Positions 9,600 to 18,077 of a DNA stretch of 52,396 nt are shown in pieces. Both the position numbers and the translations under genes were made by a program. How positions within the stretch are numbered: position 1 is the stretch's first letter; every line of letters starts with the position of its first letter. The notes beneath the pieces were generated by a model. The model worked only from the letters and a program-made list of their open reading frames with translations. It searched no databases and was not told the DNA's origin. This DNA is from Pseudomonadota bacterium (GTDB lineage: Bacteria > Pseudomonadota > Alphaproteobacteria > UBA9655): contig JACPNY010000025.1 in the NCBI GenBank assembly GCA_016185255.1, positions 1 through 52,396 of the forward strand. Reading direction: 5' to 3'.

Positions 9600-9905
9600 A
9601 AGTAGCCATTAGGTCATCACAGGGGATGAATTCATAACCATCTTGGAATGTGCCCCTAAAATGACTTTTGGCAACTAATCATGCCCATCAAGCGTGCACC
9701 ATGATTTTTTCTGTATTTTTGATGAGCTTAAAGACCGTGAGCAAGGCACCCCTTTCGAGTGTTTGGGGCTGGGCGCTGTATTTTTCAAGGAAGAGGTCAA
9801 AAGTCTTATGGGCCTCCTCTCTGTTTTCAGCCATCCATATGTTGTGAAAATCTGCTTTGGCTTTGTTTTGGAGAGGGTTAGGAATCTTCTTTAAAACATT
9901 GGCTT
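9600..9905 (-). mobile_element. IS256 (Mutator)-family transposase C-terminal remnant, internally deleted, with stops
   Basis: The minus-strand translation reads ANVLKKIPNPLQNKAKADFHNIWMAENREEAHKTFDLFLEKY...ALLTVF. In another frame it continues LDGHD*LPKVILG, matching the conserved IS256-family tail (..DGHNQLPK.ILGVKF). Confidence 0.6.
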
Positions 9906-10070
9906 ATTTTTCTCCGTCACCAACTTTTTCAATTAATTCGGTTGTAATTTTACAATTGTTATGCTATATAACAAATTACTAAAATTGATGATTGAAATAA
10001 AAAATAACATTTAATAGTTATTCTTATTTTTTTTAATATTTAATAATTCTTTTTAATTTCGTTAATATCA

Positions 10071-12176
10071 ATGAAATCTATAAATTATCTATTATTACTT
10101 TTTGTTACTTTATGCTTTTCTTTGGGGCCAACCTTTGCTTTTTCAGAATCTGATGAAGGTGAAGGTCACATCTTGTTGGAAGAAAAACCAACTGCTCGAG
10201 TCAAGAGAAAATCTAAGGATGAGAGCCTTGAGTTATTACAAGATTGGGTGAACTTAGGCCTTATAAAAACAGCCCCTATCGAGGTGAAGGCAGGCCAGAA
10301 ACTTAAGGTTACTTGCGACTTTGATAAAGTCACAGAACGAACTGCTATATCTTTTCTTAATTCCGCACAGAATGGTTATTATGACGGCGGAGTCACAGTT
10401 GATCCTGGTCAGGAAAGTGTTATATTTTCTTCTGTTGTTCCCCCAGACGAGACACGGTCCTGGTTAATTCTTCGTAATCCCGGGTTTGATGGAAAAACTC
10501 TCCTTCCTTTTGGTGTAAGGCTTAAGAGCGTTAGCATAGATGTGGAGCATAGTTCAAAAAATCAACTTCTTAAGCCCGTTGATTTCTTACAAGATTGGGT
10601 GAACTTAGGCCTTATAAAAACAGCCCCTATCGAGGTGAAGGCAGGCCAGAAACTTAAGGTTACTTGTGACTTTGATAAAGTCACAGAACAAACCGCTATA
10701 TCTTTCCTTAATTCCGCACAGAATGGTTATTATGACGGCGGAGTCACAGTTGATCCTGGTCAGGAAAGTGTTACATTTTCTTCTATCATCCCCCCAGACG
10801 AGACACGGTCCTGGTTAATTCTTCGGAATCCTGGGTTTGATGGAAAAACTCCTCTTCCTTTTGGTGTAAGGCTTAAGAATGTTAGCATAGATGTGGAGCA
10901 TAGTTCAAAAAATCAACTTCTTAAGCCCGTTGAGCTCCCACAAGACCTACCTAGCCTTGTAAGTGTACTGACAAGCTCTCGTATAGAATTTGAGCAAGAA
11001 TTGTCTAGTAAAGAAAACATTAACTCCGAAATGCCACTAGGCACGATCGGGCGGAAAAAACTAGGGCTTAGATTTAAAGAAAAAGCAGAGAAACGGTTGA
11101 ATTATCTTACTAATGAGCATTCCGAGAATCGGGGGGAGGGGCCAGTATCTACAGACTCTCTAATAAGTCTGCACATGCAATCTCTAATGCAGAAAAAAAA
11201 GGGTCTTAAAACAGGCGAGTTTACCACACCAGAGCTTGCTCAGGCTCTTTTGGCACGCGCAGGCATACCCTTAACAGATGTGACAGTCACGCCCATGAAG
11301 GGTGGATTTGTTAGTGGCGAGGTTTATATGATAGAGGGTTACTCTGAACAAGGAAAGAAAAGGGAAAGATTCTTCTTAAAATATCTGCGTCAATGTATGT
11401 TAGTAGACAAAGCTCGTTGTGCAGGTGAAGTACGAAATTTACAAGGGATCAAAAAACTTTTAAAAGAGAGAAAGTTAGAAGAAGCGGGCTTTTCTTTAAT
11501 TCTCCCCATATTTGAAGGCCGGTATTTCTATAAAAAAAAGGAAAAATTATTCACAATTTTACCTGCTGCAAAAGGTAGAAGTTTGACGAACATTGTTCGG
11601 TCAGATATTAAGAAAAATTCTAGCGTAGTTTTCCAAGCGTTTTATGATGTTGGTTTAGCACTCGGGACATTTCAGTCGAAGAATATTATTTTCCCAGAGA
11701 CGTTTGAGTCTATTAAACAACGATATCTTGAAGCCAATACTCTTGTTCATGGTGATTTTCATTCTGATAATATTTTCGTAAAGGCAAAAGGAAGAGTTTC
11801 TTTAATCGATATTGAGACACTTGCTTACAGTTTTGATGAAAATGCCAAACCAACAGCACCTTTAGTTTATGATATTTTTTATTTTATTCAACAAGCCCAT
11901 CGTCGCTTTGAAAAGTCTGACTTAGGAGAGATGAAAAAGTTAAAGTGGAAGATGTATACAAATTTTATCGATGGATATATTGCGGGGTTTTCTGCTGATC
12001 AGCAAAAAGGGTTACGGGCTTACTTGGAGAGTTGCTTTCATCACGCCGATGAAGTTGAGTTTGTTGATATATTCCCGAAAGTTATGGGCCATCTTGTTAC
12101 ATGGAAGAAAGCTCCTGATGATAAGTATTCGAAGCAAATTATTGGGGCTCTGTGTAGCCATCTGAGTCATCTGTAA
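10071..12176 (+). CDS. Secreted protein: signal peptide + two 117-aa tandem modules + C-terminal protein-kinase-like (APH/ChoK/ePK fold) domain
   Basis: Signal peptide MKSINYLLLLFVTLCFSLGPTFA. Kinase-like motifs are a Gly loop (GGFVSGEVY), a beta3 Lys (FFLKYL), a catalytic loop (HGDFHSDN, 11748-11771) and a metal-binding motif (LIDIE). Confidence 0.8.
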   Translation: MKSINYLLLLFVTLCFSLGPTFAFSESDEGEGHILLEEKPTARVKRKSKDESLELLQDWVNLGLIKTAPIEVKAGQKLKVTCDFDKVTERTAISFLNSAQNGYYDGGVTVDPGQESVIFSSVVPPDETRSWLILRNPGFDGKTLLPFGVRLKSVSIDVEHSSKNQLLKPVDFLQDWVNLGLIKTAPIEVKAGQKLKVTCDFDKVTEQTAISFLNSAQNGYYDGGVTVDPGQESVTFSSIIPPDETRSWLILRNPGFDGKTPLPFGVRLKNVSIDVEHSSKNQLLKPVELPQDLPSLVSVLTSSRIEFEQELSSKENINSEMPLGTIGRKKLGLRFKEKAEKRLNYLTNEHSENRGEGPVSTDSLISLHMQSLMQKKKGLKTGEFTTPELAQALLARAGIPLTDVTVTPMKGGFVSGEVYMIEGYSEQGKKRERFFLKYLRQCMLVDKARCAGEVRNLQGIKKLLKERKLEEAGFSLILPIFEGRYFYKKKEKLFTILPAAKGRSLTNIVRSDIKKNSSVVFQAFYDVGLALGTFQSKNIIFPETFESIKQRYLEANTLVHGDFHSDNIFVKAKGRVSLIDIETLAYSFDENAKPTAPLVYDIFYFIQQAHRRFEKSDLGEMKKLKWKMYTNFIDGYIAGFSADQQKGLRAYLESCFHHADEVEFVDIFPKVMGHLVTWKKAPDDKYSKQIIGALCSHLSHL
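10236..10933 (+). repeat. Direct tandem duplication, 2 x 351 bp, in frame inside CDS 10071-12176
   Basis: Unit 1 is 10236-10586 and unit 2 starts at 10587. About 17 mismatches counted by eye. Confidence 0.95.
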
Positions 12177-12193
12177 AAGTTGGTGACTCTCGA

Positions 12194-13534
12194 TTAACTG
12201 ACAATTGTTCCCGTAAGGCTATTGGCAGAGGCCTTTTCTATAATTACGTCTACACATGTTCCGAAAAGCTCCGGGGTAGTTTCGACATAAACGGATTGAA
12301 AATGAGGGGTTTTTCCTAAGATTTGACCGTCTTGTTTACCTTGACGATCCAACAGGACGGGGACCGTCTTCCCAACGCTTTTCTCATGGAAAGAAAGATG
12401 CTGCGTATTTAAAAGATCTTGAAGACGACCGAGACGCTCGGCTTTTATGTCGTCCGGAACTTGATCGTCCATCAACGCGCCAGGTGTGCCCGGACGGGGA
12501 CTATATTTAAAAGAGTAAGATTGGGAATACCCCACTTCTTGAACAAGAGATAAGGTTTTCTTGAAATCTTCTTCGGTTTCCCCTGGGAAGCCCACAATAA
12601 AATCAGAAGAAAGGGCAATGTCAGGACGATAGGTGCGCAATTTTTCAATACAGTCTAGATAGTGCTTAGCCGTATGCTTACGGTTCATGGCTTCCAAAAT
12701 TCGGTCTGAACCTGATTGGACGGGAAGATGAAGAAAAGGCATAACTTGAGGGACATCCCGATGGGCCTCCATGAGTTCCTCATCCATATCGCGCGGATGG
12801 GAGGTCATATATCGAAGTCTCTCAAGGCCTTTAAGGGAAGCTAAATACTCCATGAGTTTCCCCAAGCCCCACTCTTGTCCCGCAGGGCTTTCGCCATGAT
12901 AAGCATTAACATTTTGTCCCACAAGCGTGATTTCCTTAGCTCCTCGCTCACACAAACGTGTAGCTTCTTCCATAATGGCGCGAGCAGGTCGAGAGTACTC
13001 AGCACCCCGCGTATAGGGGACAACACAAAAGGTACAAAACTTGTCGCATCCTTCTTGAATAGCGAGGAAAGCGGACGGGCCTACATGGGTGTGGTTTTCG
13101 GGGAGATGATCAAACTTGGATTCAACAGGAAATTCCACATCCAATACTCCGCGACCTGGACCTTTCTCTTTATCTTGAGACCTGTGAGCGCGCGCAATCA
13201 TCTCAGGAAGTCGGTGATAGGTTTGGGGGCCAAGAACAATATCCACATAAGGCGCGCGACGCATAATTTCTGCCCCTTCTGCTTGCCCCATACAGCCCGC
13301 CACGGCCAAAATCATTTTGTCATCCTTATAGGGACGGATACGCCCCAGATCTGAATAGACTTTTTCTTCAGCTTTTTCTCGAATGTGACACGTATTTAAA
13401 ATAACAAGGTCTGCATGCTCTGGCGTTTCTGTAAGCTCATATCCAAGGGGCTTTAAAATATCCGCCATGCGCCCTGAATCGTAAACGTTTGCTTGGCAAC
13501 CATAGGTTTTAATATAAAGACGTTTTTGAAGCAT
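12194..13534 (-). CDS. miaB: tRNA-i6A37 methylthiotransferase MiaB
   Basis: YIKTYGCQANVYDS N-terminal cluster, radical-SAM CDKFCTFCVVPYTRG, TRAM-like C-terminus. Confidence 0.92.
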   Translation of the reverse strand: MLQKRLYIKTYGCQANVYDSGRMADILKPLGYELTETPEHADLVILNTCHIREKAEEKVYSDLGRIRPYKDDKMILAVAGCMGQAEGAEIMRRAPYVDIVLGPQTYHRLPEMIARAHRSQDKEKGPGRGVLDVEFPVESKFDHLPENHTHVGPSAFLAIQEGCDKFCTFCVVPYTRGAEYSRPARAIMEEATRLCERGAKEITLVGQNVNAYHGESPAGQEWGLGKLMEYLASLKGLERLRYMTSHPRDMDEELMEAHRDVPQVMPFLHLPVQSGSDRILEAMNRKHTAKHYLDCIEKLRTYRPDIALSSDFIVGFPGETEEDFKKTLSLVQEVGYSQSYSFKYSPRPGTPGALMDDQVPDDIKAERLGRLQDLLNTQHLSFHEKSVGKTVPVLLDRQGKQDGQILGKTPHFQSVYVETTPELFGTCVDVIIEKASANSLTGTIVS

Positions 13535-13536
13535 TT

Positions 13537-14325
13537 TTAACTCATTTGCTCTGAAAGGGGGTGGGCAAAAGCCTTTACAAATCCGTTATGTACAGCTTGA
13601 AAACTTGCTTGAGCAAGGTCTTTTCGAGAGGAAAAATCCTGGGCTTTAAAGGGAGGATGGAGATCTACAACGACTTGAACAGTCCCTAATTGAACCAGAG
13701 ACCATAGATGGGGAACTAAATCAATGTCTGGGCTAGACCAGCCACACAATTTACGCATAAATCGGGGCATAGGAAGGTAATCCCAACCCGCATAGGTTAT
13801 GGAAATAGGTTGAACCACCACATTTTTTTTGAGGGCTATGTCAAAAAAAGAGCTTCCAAAAGGGAGGACGCGACAGCCGTCGGATGTGGTTCCTTCTGGA
13901 AAGAGAATAAGGCTTTCTCCTTTATCGATATAGTGGATAAGTTTGTCAGCCCCATCTGCAATAGCCGTGCGGCTCCTGTCAATGTATACGGATCCTTGAA
14001 TTGTTGAAAGCCACCCTATAACAGGCCATTTGGCAACTTCCTGTTTGGCGACAAATCGTGCAGGAATAAATGTACCTAACACCATGATATCTACATAGCT
14101 TGAATGATTTGCAACAAACAGAGTCGGTTTTATAGGAGAAAGGTTTCCTTTAATAATAAGCTGATGACCGATAGATCTTCGCCAACTCGACAATAAAAAA
14201 CGGCCCCACCAAAATCCTAAGGGTTGATGAACTTTACTCAAAACCCAATGAATGGGGCCATAGATTAGGCACACTAGACCCAAAAGAAGAAAGCGCCAGA
14301 GAGCAAGTCCATAGGCCCGTGGCAT
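13537..14325 (-). CDS. olsA: Lyso-ornithine lipid O-acyltransferase (PlsC-family acyltransferase)
   Basis: NHSSYVD (HxxxxD) and FPEGT motifs. The ATG at 14325 shares one base with the olsB TGA (TGATG). Confidence 0.75.
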   Translation of the reverse strand: MPRAYGLALWRFLLLGLVCLIYGPIHWVLSKVHQPLGFWWGRFLLSSWRRSIGHQLIIKGNLSPIKPTLFVANHSSYVDIMVLGTFIPARFVAKQEVAKWPVIGWLSTIQGSVYIDRSRTAIADGADKLIHYIDKGESLILFPEGTTSDGCRVLPFGSSFFDIALKKNVVVQPISITYAGWDYLPMPRFMRKLCGWSSPDIDLVPHLWSLVQLGTVQVVVDLHPPFKAQDFSSRKDLAQASFQAVHNGFVKAFAHPLSEQMS

Positions 14326-15161
14326 CAGATTGCCTCCAGATGAGTGGAAGAGTGGGTATATCTTTGAGAGTACCGTTCCGTCATCATTTCCTTTTTTACA
14401 ATGATACACACATCAATGGAATTGAATTGGGTGTCGATGAAGGCTCCGTCTCCCACAAACCCCCCCATACGTAAGTATCCCTTAATCAAAGGAGGGAGCT
14501 GACGCAGCGCTTCTTTTGAATTGACTTGAGAGGCAGGAAGTAAATCCATCTTTTGGTAATGAATAGGAAGCGCTTTTGCTCTTAAGTCCGGGGGAGCTAA
14601 GTGGTTATGATAAAGATAGGAGAGCGCTTGTTTATACATCGATACATCCGTGCCGCTAAAGCTCCCACATCCAAAACAAAGGTTGACTTGATTAAGGCGG
14701 ATGTAGGCTCCAATTCCTCGCCACAAAAGCTGCATGGTAGGTTTTGTTCTATAGTTTTTATGGACGCAAGAGCGACCTAGTTCCATAATTTGACCTGGGG
14801 AAGAGACAAGCTTGCTTACATCAAATTCGGTAGCCGTGTAGTACCCTCCATAGCGACGAGCGGCTTCTCGTAGCATAAACCGGTATGTTCCAACAATTTT
14901 GTTGCATGCGTGATCAATTACCAACAGAACATCACAAAAATCATCGATAGGGGCAACATCTTGCTTTAAAAGAGCCACAGTTTCATCGGGCTGAGCCCCG
15001 CATTCCTCATAAAACACTTCATAGCGCAAGAGCTGAGCGGCTTTTACTTCCTCTTCCGATTGAGCAAGGCGTACTTCGAGAGACCCTGCTTTTAATAAAG
15101 GAAGCGGCTTTGAAAAACGATCAAAAGAAGGTGTGAGAAGCTCGGGCATCATAGTGTTCAA
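14325..15161 (-). CDS. olsB: Ornithine N-acyltransferase (hemolysin-like GNAT)
   Basis: LEVRLAQSEEEVKAAQLLRYEVFYEE ... GTYRFML pattern. Lies directly upstream of the PlsC-type gene, as in alphaproteobacterial olsBA. The true start may be the ATG at 15152. Confidence 0.78.
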   Translation of the reverse strand: MNTMMPELLTPSFDRFSKPLPLLKAGSLEVRLAQSEEEVKAAQLLRYEVFYEECGAQPDETVALLKQDVAPIDDFCDVLLVIDHACNKIVGTYRFMLREAARRYGGYYTATEFDVSKLVSSPGQIMELGRSCVHKNYRTKPTMQLLWRGIGAYIRLNQVNLCFGCGSFSGTDVSMYKQALSYLYHNHLAPPDLRAKALPIHYQKMDLLPASQVNSKEALRQLPPLIKGYLRMGGFVGDGAFIDTQFNSIDVCIIVKKEMMTERYSQRYTHSSTHLEAI

Positions 15162-15598
15162 AATTTTTTCCCAATTCCTTTTATAGGAATTCCATATAAT
15201 TCAATGCGGTGGCCAACGAGGCGATATCCTAAGTTTTTTGCAATTTCCTTTTGAAGAGCTTCAATTCGTTCATCATGAAACTCAATGATTTGACCCGTAT
15301 GGGTATCAATCAAGTGGTGATGATGTTCGTTTGAGGCTTCTTCATACCGCGACTTTCCATCTCCAAAGTCATGGCGGTTCAAGATATGTGCTTCTTCAAA
15401 TAAACGCAAGGTTCTGTAAACTGTCGCAAGGCTAATTTTAGAATCAAGCTGACTCACCCGCTTATAAAGAGCGTCCACATCTGGATGATCTTGGGATTCA
15501 GATAAAACACGCACAATCACACGTCTTTGTTCTGTCATCCGCAGCCCTTTTACTTGGCAAAGCTGTTCCAAATGGGAAAGAGTCATAACTCCCTTCAA
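15158..15598 (-). CDS. Fur-family regulator, Irr-like (HHHH motif, no CxxC pairs)
   Basis: Winged-helix region RMTEQRRVIVRVL...ATVYRTLRLFEE. EHHHHLIDTHTGQIIEF lacks the Fur structural cysteines. 4-nt overlap with the olsB ORF. Confidence 0.85.
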   Translation of the reverse strand: MKGVMTLSHLEQLCQVKGLRMTEQRRVIVRVLSESQDHPDVDALYKRVSQLDSKISLATVYRTLRLFEEAHILNRHDFGDGKSRYEEASNEHHHHLIDTHTGQIIEFHDERIEALQKEIAKNLGYRLVGHRIELYGIPIKGIGKKF

Positions 15599-15647
15599 TA
15601 AAACACCGATGCCGCCGCAACGTCAGCATCGGTGCTTAAAATAGGTT

Positions 15648-16076
15648 TTAAGCTGCGATATCACGACGACGGTCGCGACGAGTTCCCAGCCCAATATCTT
15701 TTGCTAAGCTACTGCGACGTTTTGCGTAATTTGGAGCGACCATAGGATAGTCCGCTGATAACCCCCACCGCTCCCGATATTGGTCAGGTGTCATATTGTA
15801 AGAGGTCTTTAAGTGGCGCTTAAGCATTTTTAAACGGCGACCATCTTCAAGACAGACGATATAATCAGGTTGGATAGAATCTTCGATAGAAACAACAGGA
15901 TCTGGACGATCGTGCAGCAAGAATGAACGTCCGGAACTCACATTACATAAACTGCGATGAACTTGTTGAATAAATGTAGGTAATTCTGAAGCATCTATTT
16001 CGTTATTTGCAACATAAGAAGCAACGACTTCGGCGACCAATGCCATAATGTCTAGGGGGTCATTTTTGTCTGTCAT
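15648..16076 (-). CDS. MucR/Ros-family zinc-finger transcriptional regulator
   Basis: LKRHLKTSYNMTPDQYRERWGLSADYPMVAPNYAKRRSSLAKDIGLG is the family signature. Confidence 0.88.
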   Translation of the reverse strand: MTDKNDPLDIMALVAEVVASYVANNEIDASELPTFIQQVHRSLCNVSSGRSFLLHDRPDPVVSIEDSIQPDYIVCLEDGRRLKMLKRHLKTSYNMTPDQYRERWGLSADYPMVAPNYAKRRSSLAKDIGLGTRRDRRRDIAA

Positions 16077-16188
16077 TTTCTACCTTTCTCTTTTGATTAA
16101 CTTTACTTCTATATATTACATATAAAAAAAGTAATCAACAGTTTTTTATAGTTTTTAAAATTACTGCTTGCCAGCTTTATGGGATTCT

Positions 16189-16635
16189 TTATACGAGATC
16201 CTTAACAAAATTCAAAGCACAAATGTGTTTGTTTTCTTCTCGAGGGTAGTAATGGGGGCGTTTTCCATAAAAAACAAAGCCATGCTTTCTATAAAAGGAG
16301 ATAGCCGCGTCATTATCTTCCGCAACTTCAATAAAAAGATGGAGAATACCTTTGTCTTTTAAAATCGTAAAAAGAGCGGTTAAAAGAGCGCTTCCGCATC
16401 CTTTTTGTCGATTTGAAGGGGCTATAACAAGAGTTAAAATTTCGGCTTCATCCTTTATCTCTCGCCATAAAATATATCCAGAAAAAGTATTGTTTTCTTC
16501 AACCTTTAGGCCAAATGTTATAGGAGTTTGCAGAAATTCCTGAAATACGCTTTCCGTCCACCCTCTGAAGAAGGCCTGCTTATGAAGGGTTGCTGCGTCT
16601 TGGCAATCCGCAAAAGTAAGAGGGGAGATATTCAT
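16189..16635 (-). CDS. GNAT acetyltransferase, RimI-like
   Basis: ILTLVIAPSNRQKGCGSALL ... IEVAEDNDAAISFYRKHGF. Start chosen at MNISPLTF (16635). Confidence 0.75.
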   Translation of the reverse strand: MNISPLTFADCQDAATLHKQAFFRGWTESVFQEFLQTPITFGLKVEENNTFSGYILWREIKDEAEILTLVIAPSNRQKGCGSALLTALFTILKDKGILHLFIEVAEDNDAAISFYRKHGFVFYGKRPHYYPREENKHICALNFVKDLV

Positions 16636-16731
16636 GATATGAAAAAGGATCCTCTTTTGCTCATTTGACAGTGCCTTAAAATAAGTGATAAAAAACCGAC
16701 TGTTTTTATGAAATGAAGATAGCACAAGCAG

Positions 16732-17829
16732 ATGAGAAAACTGTATTTTTTATTAGTATTTTGGAGCGCAAATGTTTTTGCGGCCTCTGTTGATCCCTTA
16801 TCTCTTCCCTTAAAAAAACTTGATCAACATATTCAACGTCAGATTCAGCAAGAGAAAGCGATTGGCTGTGCGATTGCAGTCGTTTCTGAGGGAAAAATTG
16901 TCTTCATCAAAGCTTATGGCGTCCGGAAAAAAGGCGAAAAAGCGTCGGTTGATCTGAACACGGTGTTTCAGTTGGGCTCCGTCTCAAAGCCAATTTCGGC
17001 GTCCTTAATAGCACGGTTGCAAAAACAGAAGTTGGTGTCGGTCAAGGACCCTGTGGTGGAGTATTGCCCTCATTTCTTGCCAGAAACCACTCTTCAACAT
17101 GTGTTAAGTCATACGAGTGGTTATAGCCGCGCGGGTTGGAATAGTAAAATTGAAGCGGGACGGACGAGAGCGCAACTCTTAGCCTCCTTTGCAAAAAGTC
17201 AGCAAAAGACGCCGGGAGAAACCTTTGATTACCACAACGTTGTGTATAGTCTGGTCGAAGAGGTCATAGAAAACACCTGTCATCAACCCTTTAACGAGGC
17301 CCTTCAAGAGAATCTGTTTCGTCCTTTACACATGACGCGTACAAGTGTGGGGTATCCCGATTTTGAGGCAGAGCAAAACCGCGCCTGGGCCCATCAAGAA
17401 AATAAAAATCACCGTTGGCAAGCGTCTAAGCAGTGCTCACACCGCTATCATGAAGCGGTCTGTGCTTCGGCTGGTATCAATTCCACCATTATGGATATGG
17501 CAAAATTTTTGCAGCTGCAGATGGGCGGAAATCCTGAGTTTCTCACCTCCCAGGAGTTGGCCGATTTTCATGCTCCCTTAATCGTTGCTCCTGATGCCAT
17601 TAACTGGTTCCCTGAAGCCATCCAATCCTATTATGGTCAGGGATGGCGGATTATCGATTGTCCTCACGGTCGCCTGGTTTTTCATGGGGGTTGGGTCAAA
17701 GGCTTCCGAAATTTTATAGGCTTTATACCCGATCAGAACCTTGGCATTGTTATTTTGCATAATGCGGAAAGCAACTTCTCTTTCAAAACCGCTCTGATGT
17801 TTTTTAATGAGTGGGCGAAGGCAAAGTAA
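16732..17829 (+). CDS. Class C beta-lactamase-related serine hydrolase (secreted)
   Basis: Signal peptide present. S-x-x-K motif in LGSVSKP and a Y-x-N-like motif in HTSGYSR. Confidence 0.85.
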   Translation: MRKLYFLLVFWSANVFAASVDPLSLPLKKLDQHIQRQIQQEKAIGCAIAVVSEGKIVFIKAYGVRKKGEKASVDLNTVFQLGSVSKPISASLIARLQKQKLVSVKDPVVEYCPHFLPETTLQHVLSHTSGYSRAGWNSKIEAGRTRAQLLASFAKSQQKTPGETFDYHNVVYSLVEEVIENTCHQPFNEALQENLFRPLHMTRTSVGYPDFEAEQNRAWAHQENKNHRWQASKQCSHRYHEAVCASAGINSTIMDMAKFLQLQMGGNPEFLTSQELADFHAPLIVAPDAINWFPEAIQSYYGQGWRIIDCPHGRLVFHGGWVKGFRNFIGFIPDQNLGIVILHNAESNFSFKTALMFFNEWAKAK

Positions 17830-18077
17830 TACTTAGTCTATATTATTATTTAGCACATTTTTCGGGAGGAATAAAATTTTTTGATTGGCCATCTGAATTA
17901 ACCCTTCCCCTTTTTTTTAAAGTATGTATCATTGAACTGATCTTTTAAGAAAGATCTTAATAAACACAGGAGATTATCATGCATCGACATCATCATTGCC
18001 CCACAATTTTAGAACGATCCCAATTAAAACTACGTAATCGAATGAGGAACCCAAAATGTACTTTTTTAACACCCTGA

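Noticed and set aside
9694-9894. Plus-strand 66-aa ORF in the intergenic region after the XRE gene
   Set aside because: It lies antisense to recognisable IS256-family transposase remnants on the minus strand and has no RBS or recognisable features.
10236-10933. Tandem repeats and the heptamer microsatellite (32667-32701) as possible CRISPR arrays
   Set aside because: There is no repeat-spacer architecture. The 351-bp units are contiguous coding duplicates, and the 7-mers have no spacers.
12875-13354. 159-aa plus-strand ORF inside miaB, and similar long antisense ORFs in asd/fabH, tkt, uvrD and yidC
   Set aside because: They are fully embedded antisense to strongly supported conserved genes and have no independent features.
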